A stretch of 62,824 nt of DNA from Candidatus Pacearchaeota archaeon (GTDB lineage Archaea; Nanobdellota; Nanobdellia; Pacearchaeales; GW2011-AR1). Both the position numbers and the translations under genes were made by a program. The stretch covers positions 1 through 62,824 of the forward strand of contig JAGVXF010000010.1 in assembly GCA_018303925.1 (NCBI GenBank). The letters run 5' to 3'. A model generated the notes under the pieces. It was not told the origin of the DNA and made no database searches. It saw only the letters and a program-made list of their open reading frames with translations. The first letter of the stretch is position 1. Every line of letters begins with the position of its first letter. This document shows positions 50,711 to 58,431 of the stretch, in pieces.

Positions 50711-51274
50711 ATGAAAAAGATATTTACAATCTTGATTTTCGGTATGTTGTTATTAAGTGTAAGTTTAGTTTTTGCTCACGAACATGATTTTAATGAAACA
50801 AAACAAATTATAAATTCTGGAATTAGTTGCGATAAACTCACAGATGAACAGCTTGAATCCATTGGTGATTATTATATGGAGCAAATGCACCCTGGCGAAG
50901 CCCATAAGATGATGGATCAAATGATGGGTGGAGAAGGTTCTGAAAGTTTAAGACAAGTACAGATTAACATGGCAAAACGGCTTTATTGTAATGAAGATAT
51001 CGGAGGAATGATGGGTGGTGGCATGATGAATATGATGATGGGAAATAATATGATGGGAAACTATCCAGCATATTATGGTTATAATAATTTTTGGAATGTA
51101 CTTTGGATGGTTTTTTTAATAGGAGCAATTGCGCTGATAGTTTGGCTGATTTATAAATTTACAAAAAAAGGGAAAGAATCTGAAACTCCAATTAATATTT
51201 TACAGAAAAGATATGCTAAAGGAGAAATAAACAAAAAACAATTTGAGGAAATGAAAAAGGGGTTAAGGAAGTGA
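50711..51274 (+). CDS. secreted/membrane Met-rich protein with SHOCT domain
   Basis: Signal peptide, HEH, MHPGEAH, MMGG repeats, ILQKRYAKGEINKKQFEEMK. Confidence 0.8.
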   Translation: MKKIFTILIFGMLLLSVSLVFAHEHDFNETKQIINSGISCDKLTDEQLESIGDYYMEQMHPGEAHKMMDQMMGGEGSESLRQVQINMAKRLYCNEDIGGMMGGGMMNMMMGNNMMGNYPAYYGYNNFWNVLWMVFLIGAIALIVWLIYKFTKKGKESETPINILQKRYAKGEINKKQFEEMKKGLRK

Positions 51275-51582
51275 GGCTCATGGAAAAAGATAAAAGCACA
51301 TTGGTATGGATTTTCATTGCTGTAATTGTTGTTCTTTTTTTCATAGGAAGTTTTGGAATGGGCAGTTATGGTATGATAGGTTTCGGAATGGGATTTGGAT
51401 TTATTTTCATGTTGCTTTTCTGGGGTCTTATTATATGGCTTATAGTCACTTTAATCAATACGAGCCAATCCAATAAAAGTGAGCCAGATTCATTAACAAT
51501 CCTAAAAAGAAGATATGCTTCTGGAGAAATCACAAAGAGGCAATATGAAGAAATGAGGAAGGAATTAAACATCGGAATTTAA
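51271..51582 (+). CDS. SHOCT-domain membrane protein
   Basis: Gly/Met-rich TMs, ILKRRYASGEITKRQYEEM. Confidence 0.8.
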   Translation: MRLMEKDKSTLVWIFIAVIVVLFFIGSFGMGSYGMIGFGMGFGFIFMLLFWGLIIWLIVTLINTSQSNKSEPDSLTILKRRYASGEITKRQYEEMRKELNIGI

Positions 51583-51652
51583 CGAAGTCGCCAAAGGCGA
51601 TTTGGGTGGAGAAGCCTGCAAGGTTTCGGAACCGTTAAATTTCCTGTTAGTT
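51564..51652. repeat. attC-like site overlapping the 3' end of the SHOCT gene
   Basis: AACATCGGAATTTAACG ... CGTTAAATTTCCTGTTAGTT. Confidence 0.8.
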
Positions 51653-51734
51653 GCGTCTTTTCGTAGAAAAGACCTAGGGATAGTGCAACGATTTTTGCGA
51701 AGCAAAAAATCCCGAAGAGTTTAGAATTACCACA

Positions 51735-52010
51735 CTATCGTTTTTTATATTTCAATTTTAATGCTAAAATTAGAATTATTGCACAAGATACAAAATTTAA
51801 TCCTGTAACAATTTCCAACAATAAATCAGAGATTACTAAAAGTGCATAAAGAAAAGTAATAAGACTACAAAAAGTCCAAATGATGTAAGAATTGATATTT
51901 GCACTTGCTATTTTTTTCATTAAATCTCTTATTGTTGGAAAGTATCCTATCGTTGCAATAATTCCTGTACTCGCATAAAGAAAGGCAATAATTGTTAATA
52001 TGAATTCCAT
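51735..52010 (-). CDS. cassette small 3-TM protein (PQ-loop/SemiSWEET-like)
   Basis: GYFPTIRDL...SANINSYIIW; flanked by a 15-bp inverted repeat. Confidence 0.65.
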   Translation of the reverse strand: MEFILTIIAFLYASTGIIATIGYFPTIRDLMKKIASANINSYIIWTFCSLITFLYALLVISDLLLEIVTGLNFVSCAIILILALKLKYKKR

Positions 52011-52064
52011 AATACATTTATTAAAATTGAAATGAATATAAAGTTTGTGGTAATTCTAAATTGC

Positions 52065-52201
52065 AACTAACATCGCGATTAAGAGAAGTTGTTTGCAGTA
52101 ACTTTAATCTATAAATAGGCAAACAATTTGGGCTAATTTCTGGTTTTCACTAAGAAAATTTGCGAAGCAAAAAGAAATTACCTCTTAATCTGCTGTTGCT
52201 T
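52065..52201. repeat. attC-like site
   Basis: AACTAACATCGCGATTAAGAG ... CTCTTAATCTGCTGTTGCTT. Confidence 0.85.
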
Positions 52202-52323
52202 GACCGAACGAAGTGAGGCACGAGTGGAGCAAGAAGCGACCTCGTGAGTTTTAATTTTTCTTTCAGGGTGGGGCCCGCCCGCTTTTTGTTTCTTTTTTTC
52301 TAAAAAGAAAATGGGGGAGTTTT

Positions 52324-53007
52324 TTATCTTCCAATTTTTTGTAAAAATTCTTCTCTTGTAATTTCTTTAAGAGTCTTCAAATCAAGATAATAATTCTTTG
52401 GTTCAACTTCAACTTGCATTGACAAAGAATTTATTTTACCGCAATCACATTCTATAACATAAAAATTAGGTGTGTCAGAAGTGTAGCTCATTAAGTTACC
52501 CCCACATTTAAGAGAACATATTTCGTTTGATTCTGAATTAGTAAGAACACTTGTCTTAGGATAACCTTTTTGATTAGCCAATTCTATAAATGAATTTTCT
52601 GCCTTAATGGTTTGAGAATTTTCAACAATACCATTAATCTTATTTGAAATTGAGGGATAGAATTGTAAGGATAGAACGATAATAATTAATAATACTATGA
52701 AAGATAACCAAAAGAATCCTTTTCTATTCTGTATTTTATATTTGTTTTTATGATAATCATCTTGAGATAAGGATTTAATTGACCAATAAATTTTCTTTCC
52801 ATTAAACATACAGATTAGCAAAATAAGAGGAATTGATATCATCAAAGCAGTAGCAGAATTATGATTAAATCCCAATGTCCTAATGTAATTATATGATAAA
52901 TATAATAAAAAGATTAAAAATCCAACAACGAAAAGATAAACAATCATCTTGTATTTTTCTTCTTGTTCTTCCCTTGTAATAAGTCTAACTTTAATAGGTT
53001 CTGCCAT
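52324..53007 (-). CDS. cassette membrane protein (3 TM, Cys-containing extracellular domain)
   Basis: Hydrophobic segments plus CSLKC and CDC. Confidence 0.7.
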   Translation of the reverse strand: MAEPIKVRLITREEQEEKYKMIVYLFVVGFLIFLLYLSYNYIRTLGFNHNSATALMISIPLILLICMFNGKKIYWSIKSLSQDDYHKNKYKIQNRKGFFWLSFIVLLIIIVLSLQFYPSISNKINGIVENSQTIKAENSFIELANQKGYPKTSVLTNSESNEICSLKCGGNLMSYTSDTPNFYVIECDCGKINSLSMQVEVEPKNYYLDLKTLKEITREEFLQKIGR

Positions 53008-53059
53008 AAAATAAATAGAAAAGCCAAACTTAATAAATATATGCTTCTAATTTGATTTT

Positions 53060-53269
53060 ATGGAACTAAAAAAACAAAAAGAAATTAGACAACACAAAGC
53101 AAATTTAGGCATAGGTGTTGCTGGAGGATTTGTCGCTGGTGGGAGTTTGCTTGCTTATCAAATATTAATACCATATGGTTTGGGTTATGCTCTTCTGGGA
53201 GCGGTTTTTGTTGCTTTAGTTATCTATAAAATGTCAGTTAAGATGATAGAGAAAAATGTTAATCGCTAA
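53060..53269 (+). CDS. small membrane protein
   Basis: 69-aa, two Gly-rich TMs, divergent from 52324..53007. Confidence 0.55.
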   Translation: MELKKQKEIRQHKANLGIGVAGGFVAGGSLLAYQILIPYGLGYALLGAVFVALVIYKMSVKMIEKNVNR

Positions 53270-53485
53270 AACTCCCCCTAAATAAATAGAAAAATTTGGG
53301 AGAGCGACAGCGAACCTTTTATCCATTGTTATGCAAAGTGCAAAGCATTTTGTTGTTTTTCTCGTCGGTCGGATAAAAGAAGTTTTTCTCTGAAACGAAG
53401 TTTCAGCTATCTGTCCGAAGGACTGCGGGCAATCTCTCACTATCTTTGGGCGGGAAAGAAAGAAAAATTAAAATTTGGGCGAAGC

Positions 53486-53526
53486 CAAGCAACATAAGAT
53501 TATCAATAGTTTATTATTGATAATCT
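53486..53526. other. attI-like primary recombination site candidate
   Basis: CAAGCAAC core then palindrome AGATTATCAATA/TATTGATAATCT (53497-53508/53515-53526), 55 bp upstream of the recombinase. Confidence 0.55.
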
Positions 53527-53581
53527 CCTAATTGGGCATGGAAACAATAAATTTAAATAATCGTCTTTCAATCGAATTTTA

Positions 53582-54397
53582 ATGAATGGACTGAGATTAA
53601 AATTAAAAAGAGAACTTGAAATAAGAAATTTTTCTAATCAGACTGTTAAAGCGTATCTTTATTCGGTTGATAAATTTGTGGAATTTTCTAAAGGAAAAGG
53701 ACTAAATGAAGATTCAATTAAAGACTATATTCAAAAAGGTCTTGAAAACAAAAATCCAACGAGTGTTAGAAGGGATTTATTTGCAATTAAATTTTTCTTT
53801 GAAAAGGTATTAAAGCAAAAGGTAAACATCCCAAACCCAAAGAAAAATAAGACTCTCCCGGAGATTCTCACAATTGAAGAAATAAAAAAATTAATCGAAT
53901 CTGCAAATAATATCAAACACCGATTAATAATCAAACTTCTTTATGGATGCGGATTAAGAGTTTCTGAGATTGTAAACCTTAAAGTAAATGATTTGAACTT
54001 TGTTGAAGAATTAATTAAAATAAATCTTGCAAAAGGAAAAAAAGACAGATTTGTTAAGATACCTTCATCAATAAAAGATGAACTTGAAAGTTATTTAAAA
54101 TTAAATAAGCATAATACTTTATTTCCTTCAAATAGAGGTGGAAAATTAACAAAAGATACTATTCAAAAAATTGTTCAAAACTCTGCTAAAAGAGCAGGAA
54201 TTAAAAAAAGAGTTTATCCACATTTATTGAGGCATAGTTTTGCAACGCATCTTCTTGAACAGGGGACGGATTTAAGAATGATTCAAAAATTGCTTGGTCA
54301 TTCTGATATAAAAACCACTCAAATTTATACTCAAATTTCCCAAGCTTCAATAAAAAATATAAAAAGTCCGCTTGATAATTTACAATATGGCAAGTAA
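53582..54397 (+). CDS. tyrosine recombinase (XerC/D-like; putative cassette integrase)
   Basis: LYGCGLRVSE, KGKKDR, HLLRHSFATHLLE.G.D, LLGHSDIKTTQIY; N-terminal RNFSNQTVKAY SAM-like domain. Confidence 0.93.
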   Translation: MNGLRLKLKRELEIRNFSNQTVKAYLYSVDKFVEFSKGKGLNEDSIKDYIQKGLENKNPTSVRRDLFAIKFFFEKVLKQKVNIPNPKKNKTLPEILTIEEIKKLIESANNIKHRLIIKLLYGCGLRVSEIVNLKVNDLNFVEELIKINLAKGKKDRFVKIPSSIKDELESYLKLNKHNTLFPSNRGGKLTKDTIQKIVQNSAKRAGIKKRVYPHLLRHSFATHLLEQGTDLRMIQKLLGHSDIKTTQIYTQISQASIKNIKSPLDNLQYGK

Positions 54398-54722
54398 AAA
54401 CAAATTATTGTGGGAGATTCTGATCCCAAAGTTTTCAAATGATGGAAAAGAATTTGAAATCGAATTTCACAAAAAATGGGACAAAAAAATCGGGAAAATT
54501 TCGGGGGGGCTGACTATCCTTAGGACTGCAAAAGGGCACTGGATAAATCCTGATAAAAAACTTTTTTCCGAAGAAATGATTCCTGTCAGAATATACTGTT
54601 CTGAAAAGGAAATTGGAAAGATTATGAAATTCACACTTGAACATTATACTCAGGATGCAGTATTTTGCTATCTGGTGAGTAATAAAATTAAAATACTAAA
54701 TAAAAACAAGAATTTGACTTAA
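54387..54722 (+). CDS. hypothetical protein
   Basis: LWEILIP, GGLTI...GHW, MIPVRI; overlaps recombinase stop. Confidence 0.7.
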   Translation: MASKNKLLWEILIPKFSNDGKEFEIEFHKKWDKKIGKISGGLTILRTAKGHWINPDKKLFSEEMIPVRIYCSEKEIGKIMKFTLEHYTQDAVFCYLVSNKIKILNKNKNLT

Positions 54723-54781
54723 AAACGTTTGCGTGGCGAAAGGCTTAAATAAGTCTCTTAATTTGATATAATAAGGTAACA

Positions 54782-54846
54782 GGTATTGCCTTAAGTCTTC
54801 GGACATACCGCAAGCGTGTTCCCGGTTATTACTTCGGTAATACCGG
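54782..54846 (+). ncRNA. putative structured RNA leader with two UUCG tetraloops
   Basis: GTC-TTCG-GAC inside GGTAT/ATACC, and CCGG-T-TATTAC-TTCG-GTAATA-CCGG. Confidence 0.45.
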
Positions 54847-54857
54847 ATTTTATTAAA

Positions 54858-55421
54858 ATGGTAAAAAGAGTTTCTATTTATATTGATGGTGTGAATTTTG
54901 TTTATGGTTTGAAATCTTTAAACCCAAAATATTCAGATTATCATTTTGACTTTGAAAATTTTATTAAAAAGATTGTTGGAGAAAATGATTTAATTAATAT
55001 TTTCTACTATAATGCTTCCTTGAAACAATCAGTTAATCCGAGAAGATTTAAGGAACAGCAAAAACTTCTCGCAAGACTAAAGAAGATAACAAAATGTAAA
55101 GTCATTTTATGTAAAAGACAAAAGAGATTTAACAAAGATGACGAAGAATATTATACAATTAAAGGTGATGACATTAATTTAGCTTTAGATGTGTTAAATG
55201 ATGCGTGGGAAAATAAATATGATAAAGCAGTTCTATTTTCAGGAGATAGAGATTTTGCTCCCTTGTTGAAATATGTTAAGAATAAAAATAAGAAGGTGGA
55301 GGTTCTTTCTTTTGATGAATTATCTTCAAGAAATTTGCTTAACGAAGCCGACAAATTCACATTCATTGATAAGAAAACAGTTAATAAGTTCTTTTGGAGA
55401 GGAATTGTAGATAAAAAATAA
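54858..55421 (+). CDS. NYN (LabA/DUF88, PIN-like) domain ribonuclease
   Basis: IYIDGVN, KGDDINLALD, LFSGDRDFAPL, ADKF. Confidence 0.9.
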   Translation: MVKRVSIYIDGVNFVYGLKSLNPKYSDYHFDFENFIKKIVGENDLINIFYYNASLKQSVNPRRFKEQQKLLARLKKITKCKVILCKRQKRFNKDDEEYYTIKGDDINLALDVLNDAWENKYDKAVLFSGDRDFAPLLKYVKNKNKKVEVLSFDELSSRNLLNEADKFTFIDKKTVNKFFWRGIVDKK

Positions 55422-55424
55422 AAA

Positions 55425-55955
55425 ATGACAACAGATAAATCACAACTTGGGCTTGTTCATATTTACACTGGAGAGGGAAAAGGAAAAACTTCCGCTGGCA
55501 TGGGTTTAATTGTCCGTGCTCTTGGAAGGGGACTTCGTGTGAAGATAATTCAGCTATTCAAAAGAAACACAGGAGAGCAGTTCTTCTTTGAAAATTCTGG
55601 AATAAAATATTTACAATTCAAACCCCTACATCCTTATTTTAAAAACTATGACGAGAAAGAACTTGAAAACCTTAAAAGAGAATTTTTGGAATTTTGGAAT
55701 GATGCGATTAGAGATATTGAAGAATATGATTTATTGCTAATTGATGAGGTTGGTCCCGGATTAAATTGGGAGGTTATTCCAGAGAAGCTTATTTTTGACC
55801 TCATTGAAAATAAGCCAAAAAATATGGAATTGATTTTAACTGGGAGAGACTTTCCAAACTCAATTAAAGAAAAGGCAAATTATGTTTCAGAAGTTAAAAA
55901 AATTAAACATCCTTATGACAAAGGAACTTTGGCAAGAGAAGGGGTTGAATATTAA
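55425..55955 (+). CDS. cobO: cob(I)alamin adenosyltransferase
   Basis: VHIYTGEGKGKTSAGMG, LIDE, LILTGR, KHPYDKG..AREGVEY. Confidence 0.92.
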   Translation: MTTDKSQLGLVHIYTGEGKGKTSAGMGLIVRALGRGLRVKIIQLFKRNTGEQFFFENSGIKYLQFKPLHPYFKNYDEKELENLKREFLEFWNDAIRDIEEYDLLLIDEVGPGLNWEVIPEKLIFDLIENKPKNMELILTGRDFPNSIKEKANYVSEVKKIKHPYDKGTLAREGVEY

Positions 55956-56068
55956 TTAATTTGTAATATCATAATAACGTAATCTAATTTATTAATTATG
56001 ATTCTTAATACACTTAAAATATATTTAATCATAACAATTATTAAAAAGGCAGAGTGAGATTTTGTTTC

Positions 56069-56560
56069 ATGATAAGTTGGGATGAGTCTTTTATGTCAAT
56101 GGTTTACCTTGTTGCAATGAAAAGCAAAGATGAATCGACCCATGTCGGGGCCGTGGTTGTTGGTCCTGACAATGAGATTAAATCGACAGGTTATAATAGT
56201 TTTGTAAGAAAGTTGAATGATCATCTTACGATGAGGCAGGAAAGGCCGGAAAAATATTATTGGTTTGAGCACGCTGAAAGGAATGCAATTTATAATGCAA
56301 CCTTGAACGGAGTCTCGCTTAAAGGATGCAAGATATACACAAATGGTGTTCCATGCATGGATTGCGCAAGAGGAGTTGTGCAATCAGGAATTCTGGAGGT
56401 CATCATTGACAAGGGATGGGAAAAAAATAATCCGGAAGATTGGGCAAAACATGCAGAAAAAAGCATTGAAATGTTTAAAGAAGTGGGGGTTAAAATAAGG
56501 TATTGGGAAGGAAAGCTTTTAATTCCTGAAAAGTTCATGAGGGGGAAAATATTAAAATGA
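56069..56560 (+). CDS. dCMP deaminase
   Basis: WDESFM, SKD..T.VGA, HAERNAI, PCMDC. Confidence 0.92.
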   Translation: MISWDESFMSMVYLVAMKSKDESTHVGAVVVGPDNEIKSTGYNSFVRKLNDHLTMRQERPEKYYWFEHAERNAIYNATLNGVSLKGCKIYTNGVPCMDCARGVVQSGILEVIIDKGWEKNNPEDWAKHAEKSIEMFKEVGVKIRYWEGKLLIPEKFMRGKILK

Positions 56561-56847
56561 TTCCAATAATCTTAATGATTCTTGACCTTCTTGCTTTAAC
56601 CGCTTTAACTCTTATTCAGTTTGAAATAAATTTTGGATTTCAGCTTGCAGTTATGTCTTCGATTTACCTTATTGCAAAAGGATTTATGTTCCGGGATGTT
56701 ATGAGTATAATTGACCTTCTTTGCGGGGTTTACATTTTAATTGCCTTACTCTTCAGCATAACCTCATTTATTTACTGGATAATCCTTGCATGGTTTGTGT
56801 ATAAATTATTTTTTGTTGTAATATTTAACGCAATAAAATTTTCGTGA
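56557..56847 (+). CDS. small membrane protein
   Basis: 96-aa, highly hydrophobic, coupled to deaminase. Confidence 0.65.
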   Translation: MIPIILMILDLLALTALTLIQFEINFGFQLAVMSSIYLIAKGFMFRDVMSIIDLLCGVYILIALLFSITSFIYWIILAWFVYKLFFVVIFNAIKFS

Positions 56848-56866
56848 AAAACAATAAAAAAGTAAA

Positions 56867-57427
56867 ATGATAATAGGAATAACCGGAACACTTGGTGCAG
56901 GTAAGGGGACAATTGTTGAAATCTTAAAGAAAAAATGGTTCGGGCATTATTCAGTTAGAGAATTTCTAGTTGAAGAACTAAAAAAAAGAGGGCTCCCCGT
57001 AAACCGAGATTCTATGGTTTACCTTGGCAATGACTTAAGGGAAAAAAATTCGCCAAGTTATATTGCTGAAAAACTTTATGAAAGAGCAGAAAAAAACGGG
57101 GGAAATTCTATTATTGAAAGTATAAGAGCAATTGGAGAAGTTGAATCTTTAAGGAAGAAAAGAAGTTTTTATCTTTTTAGTGTTGATGCTCCAATTAATA
57201 TCCGTTACAAAAGAATTTTAGATAGGGGGGTGGAATCGGACTTTGTTTCTTATGAAAAATTTGTTGAAGATGAAAAAAGGGAAATGAAAAGCACTGACCC
57301 TAATAAGCAGAATCTTTCAGCCTGCATAAAACTTGCTGATTTCAGTTTTATAAATGATGGGACTATTGAAGAACTTAGAGGGAAAGTCGAGGAAGTTTTG
57401 AAGAGGATTAAAAATTTACAGGATTAA
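56867..57427 (+). CDS. P-loop nucleoside monophosphate kinase-like protein (dephospho-CoA kinase-like family)
   Basis: IIGITGTLGAGKGT, ESIR, VDAP..IRY.R, INDGT. Confidence 0.8.
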   Translation: MIIGITGTLGAGKGTIVEILKKKWFGHYSVREFLVEELKKRGLPVNRDSMVYLGNDLREKNSPSYIAEKLYERAEKNGGNSIIESIRAIGEVESLRKKRSFYLFSVDAPINIRYKRILDRGVESDFVSYEKFVEDEKREMKSTDPNKQNLSACIKLADFSFINDGTIEELRGKVEEVLKRIKNLQD

Positions 57428-58345
57428 AGATATTTTCTTTGCCATTTTTTGGTCAATTTCTTCTGGAGTGTCATAAATATTAAACCTCGTTATTTCGGGC
57501 ATTTTTCCCCCATACATCTTGGTTCCTTTTTTATAAAGATTTTCGAGCCAATCAGTAGCGTATCTTTGATTAACCAAGAGTTGATAATCAACTTTTTTTT
57601 CATGGTCGTCTAATCTTCTTCCCCTGCTTCTTTTTTCTTTTAATTTAATATATTCTTCCTTCTTCCAATTTTTTGGACCACAAACAACAAAGATATTTGT
57701 CGGGGGAGATTTAAATGCAATTTTGTGGCCAGGAAGAGATAAGTAGTTTTCAAGACTTATCCCAGAACGAAAAAAATTATTATTATAAATCTGGTAACAT
57801 GCTGACTCTTCACTTCTGCTTCTTATTATTATTCTGTTGTTTTCTCTGAAAGGCTTTCTAAATCTTAAAAATTCATCAATTCTATAAACCGAGTGTGTTA
57901 TTGCCGCAGAAACACCATCCAATTCTTCGCCATATTCAGAACGATTTTGTTCTATTGCCCTGTTAACCTGTCCGGAACCTCTCTTGGTTGGTTCTTCCAA
58001 TATCCAAACATCCGCCAAAGCCGGATTAATATAAGTTGAAACATTATTTTTTACGCAGGACGCAACCATCAAGTCAGATTCTCTTTTAAAACCAGACATT
58101 AAACTGTATGCTTCAAACAAAAATTCTTTCTTTTTGTTCTCAGAAATTTTGGAAAGATTTGAATAACCTTCATTAAATTCCTTGAATTTTTCCGCATGAA
58201 AAAGAGCTTCAAGTTCAGTTCCTCTCAAATCCCTCACTTTATAATTTATTGAGTTGAAAAAACTTATTATCCCTTTAATCTGCGTACTTGTTCCACTCAT
58301 ATCCGGTCCACAAATAACAACATCCAAATATTTCCCCCTCATCAC
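57416..58345 (-). CDS. divergent thymidylate-kinase-like protein
   Basis: GPDMSGTSTQ P-loop variant, EEPT, RSEESACYQ; downstream of thyA. Confidence 0.55.
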   Translation of the reverse strand: MMRGKYLDVVICGPDMSGTSTQIKGIISFFNSINYKVRDLRGTELEALFHAEKFKEFNEGYSNLSKISENKKKEFLFEAYSLMSGFKRESDLMVASCVKNNVSTYINPALADVWILEEPTKRGSGQVNRAIEQNRSEYGEELDGVSAAITHSVYRIDEFLRFRKPFRENNRIIIRSRSEESACYQIYNNNFFRSGISLENYLSLPGHKIAFKSPPTNIFVVCGPKNWKKEEYIKLKEKRSRGRRLDDHEKKVDYQLLVNQRYATDWLENLYKKGTKMYGGKMPEITRFNIYDTPEEIDQKMAKKISLIL

Positions 58346-58431
58346 GATTAAACCTCTTTTTTCCTTTTAAATTAATCTTTGTTTTATAATATACATGAGA
58401 GTTGCATTTTTAATAAAGATTATTGACAAAA

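Larger units (their letters stand above)
44894..54397. mobile_element. integron-like gene-cassette array with tyrosine recombinase
   Basis: Recurrent attC-like sites between unrelated genes of mixed orientation, directly upstream of a recombinase gene. Confidence 0.8.

Noticed and set aside
44894..53526. Repeats as a CRISPR array
   Set aside because: Repeats are long, imperfect, irregularly spaced and separated by whole genes; no constant-length spacers or cas genes
44894..53526. Repeats as simple terminators or MITEs
   Set aside because: No consistent position or U-tract relative to gene ends and no target-site duplications seen; conserved AAC/GTT cores and bulges fit recombination sites better
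54775..54846. Known self-cleaving ribozyme upstream of NYN
   Set aside because: Could not match hammerhead, twister or HDV core motifs by eye; kept only as an unassigned structured leader
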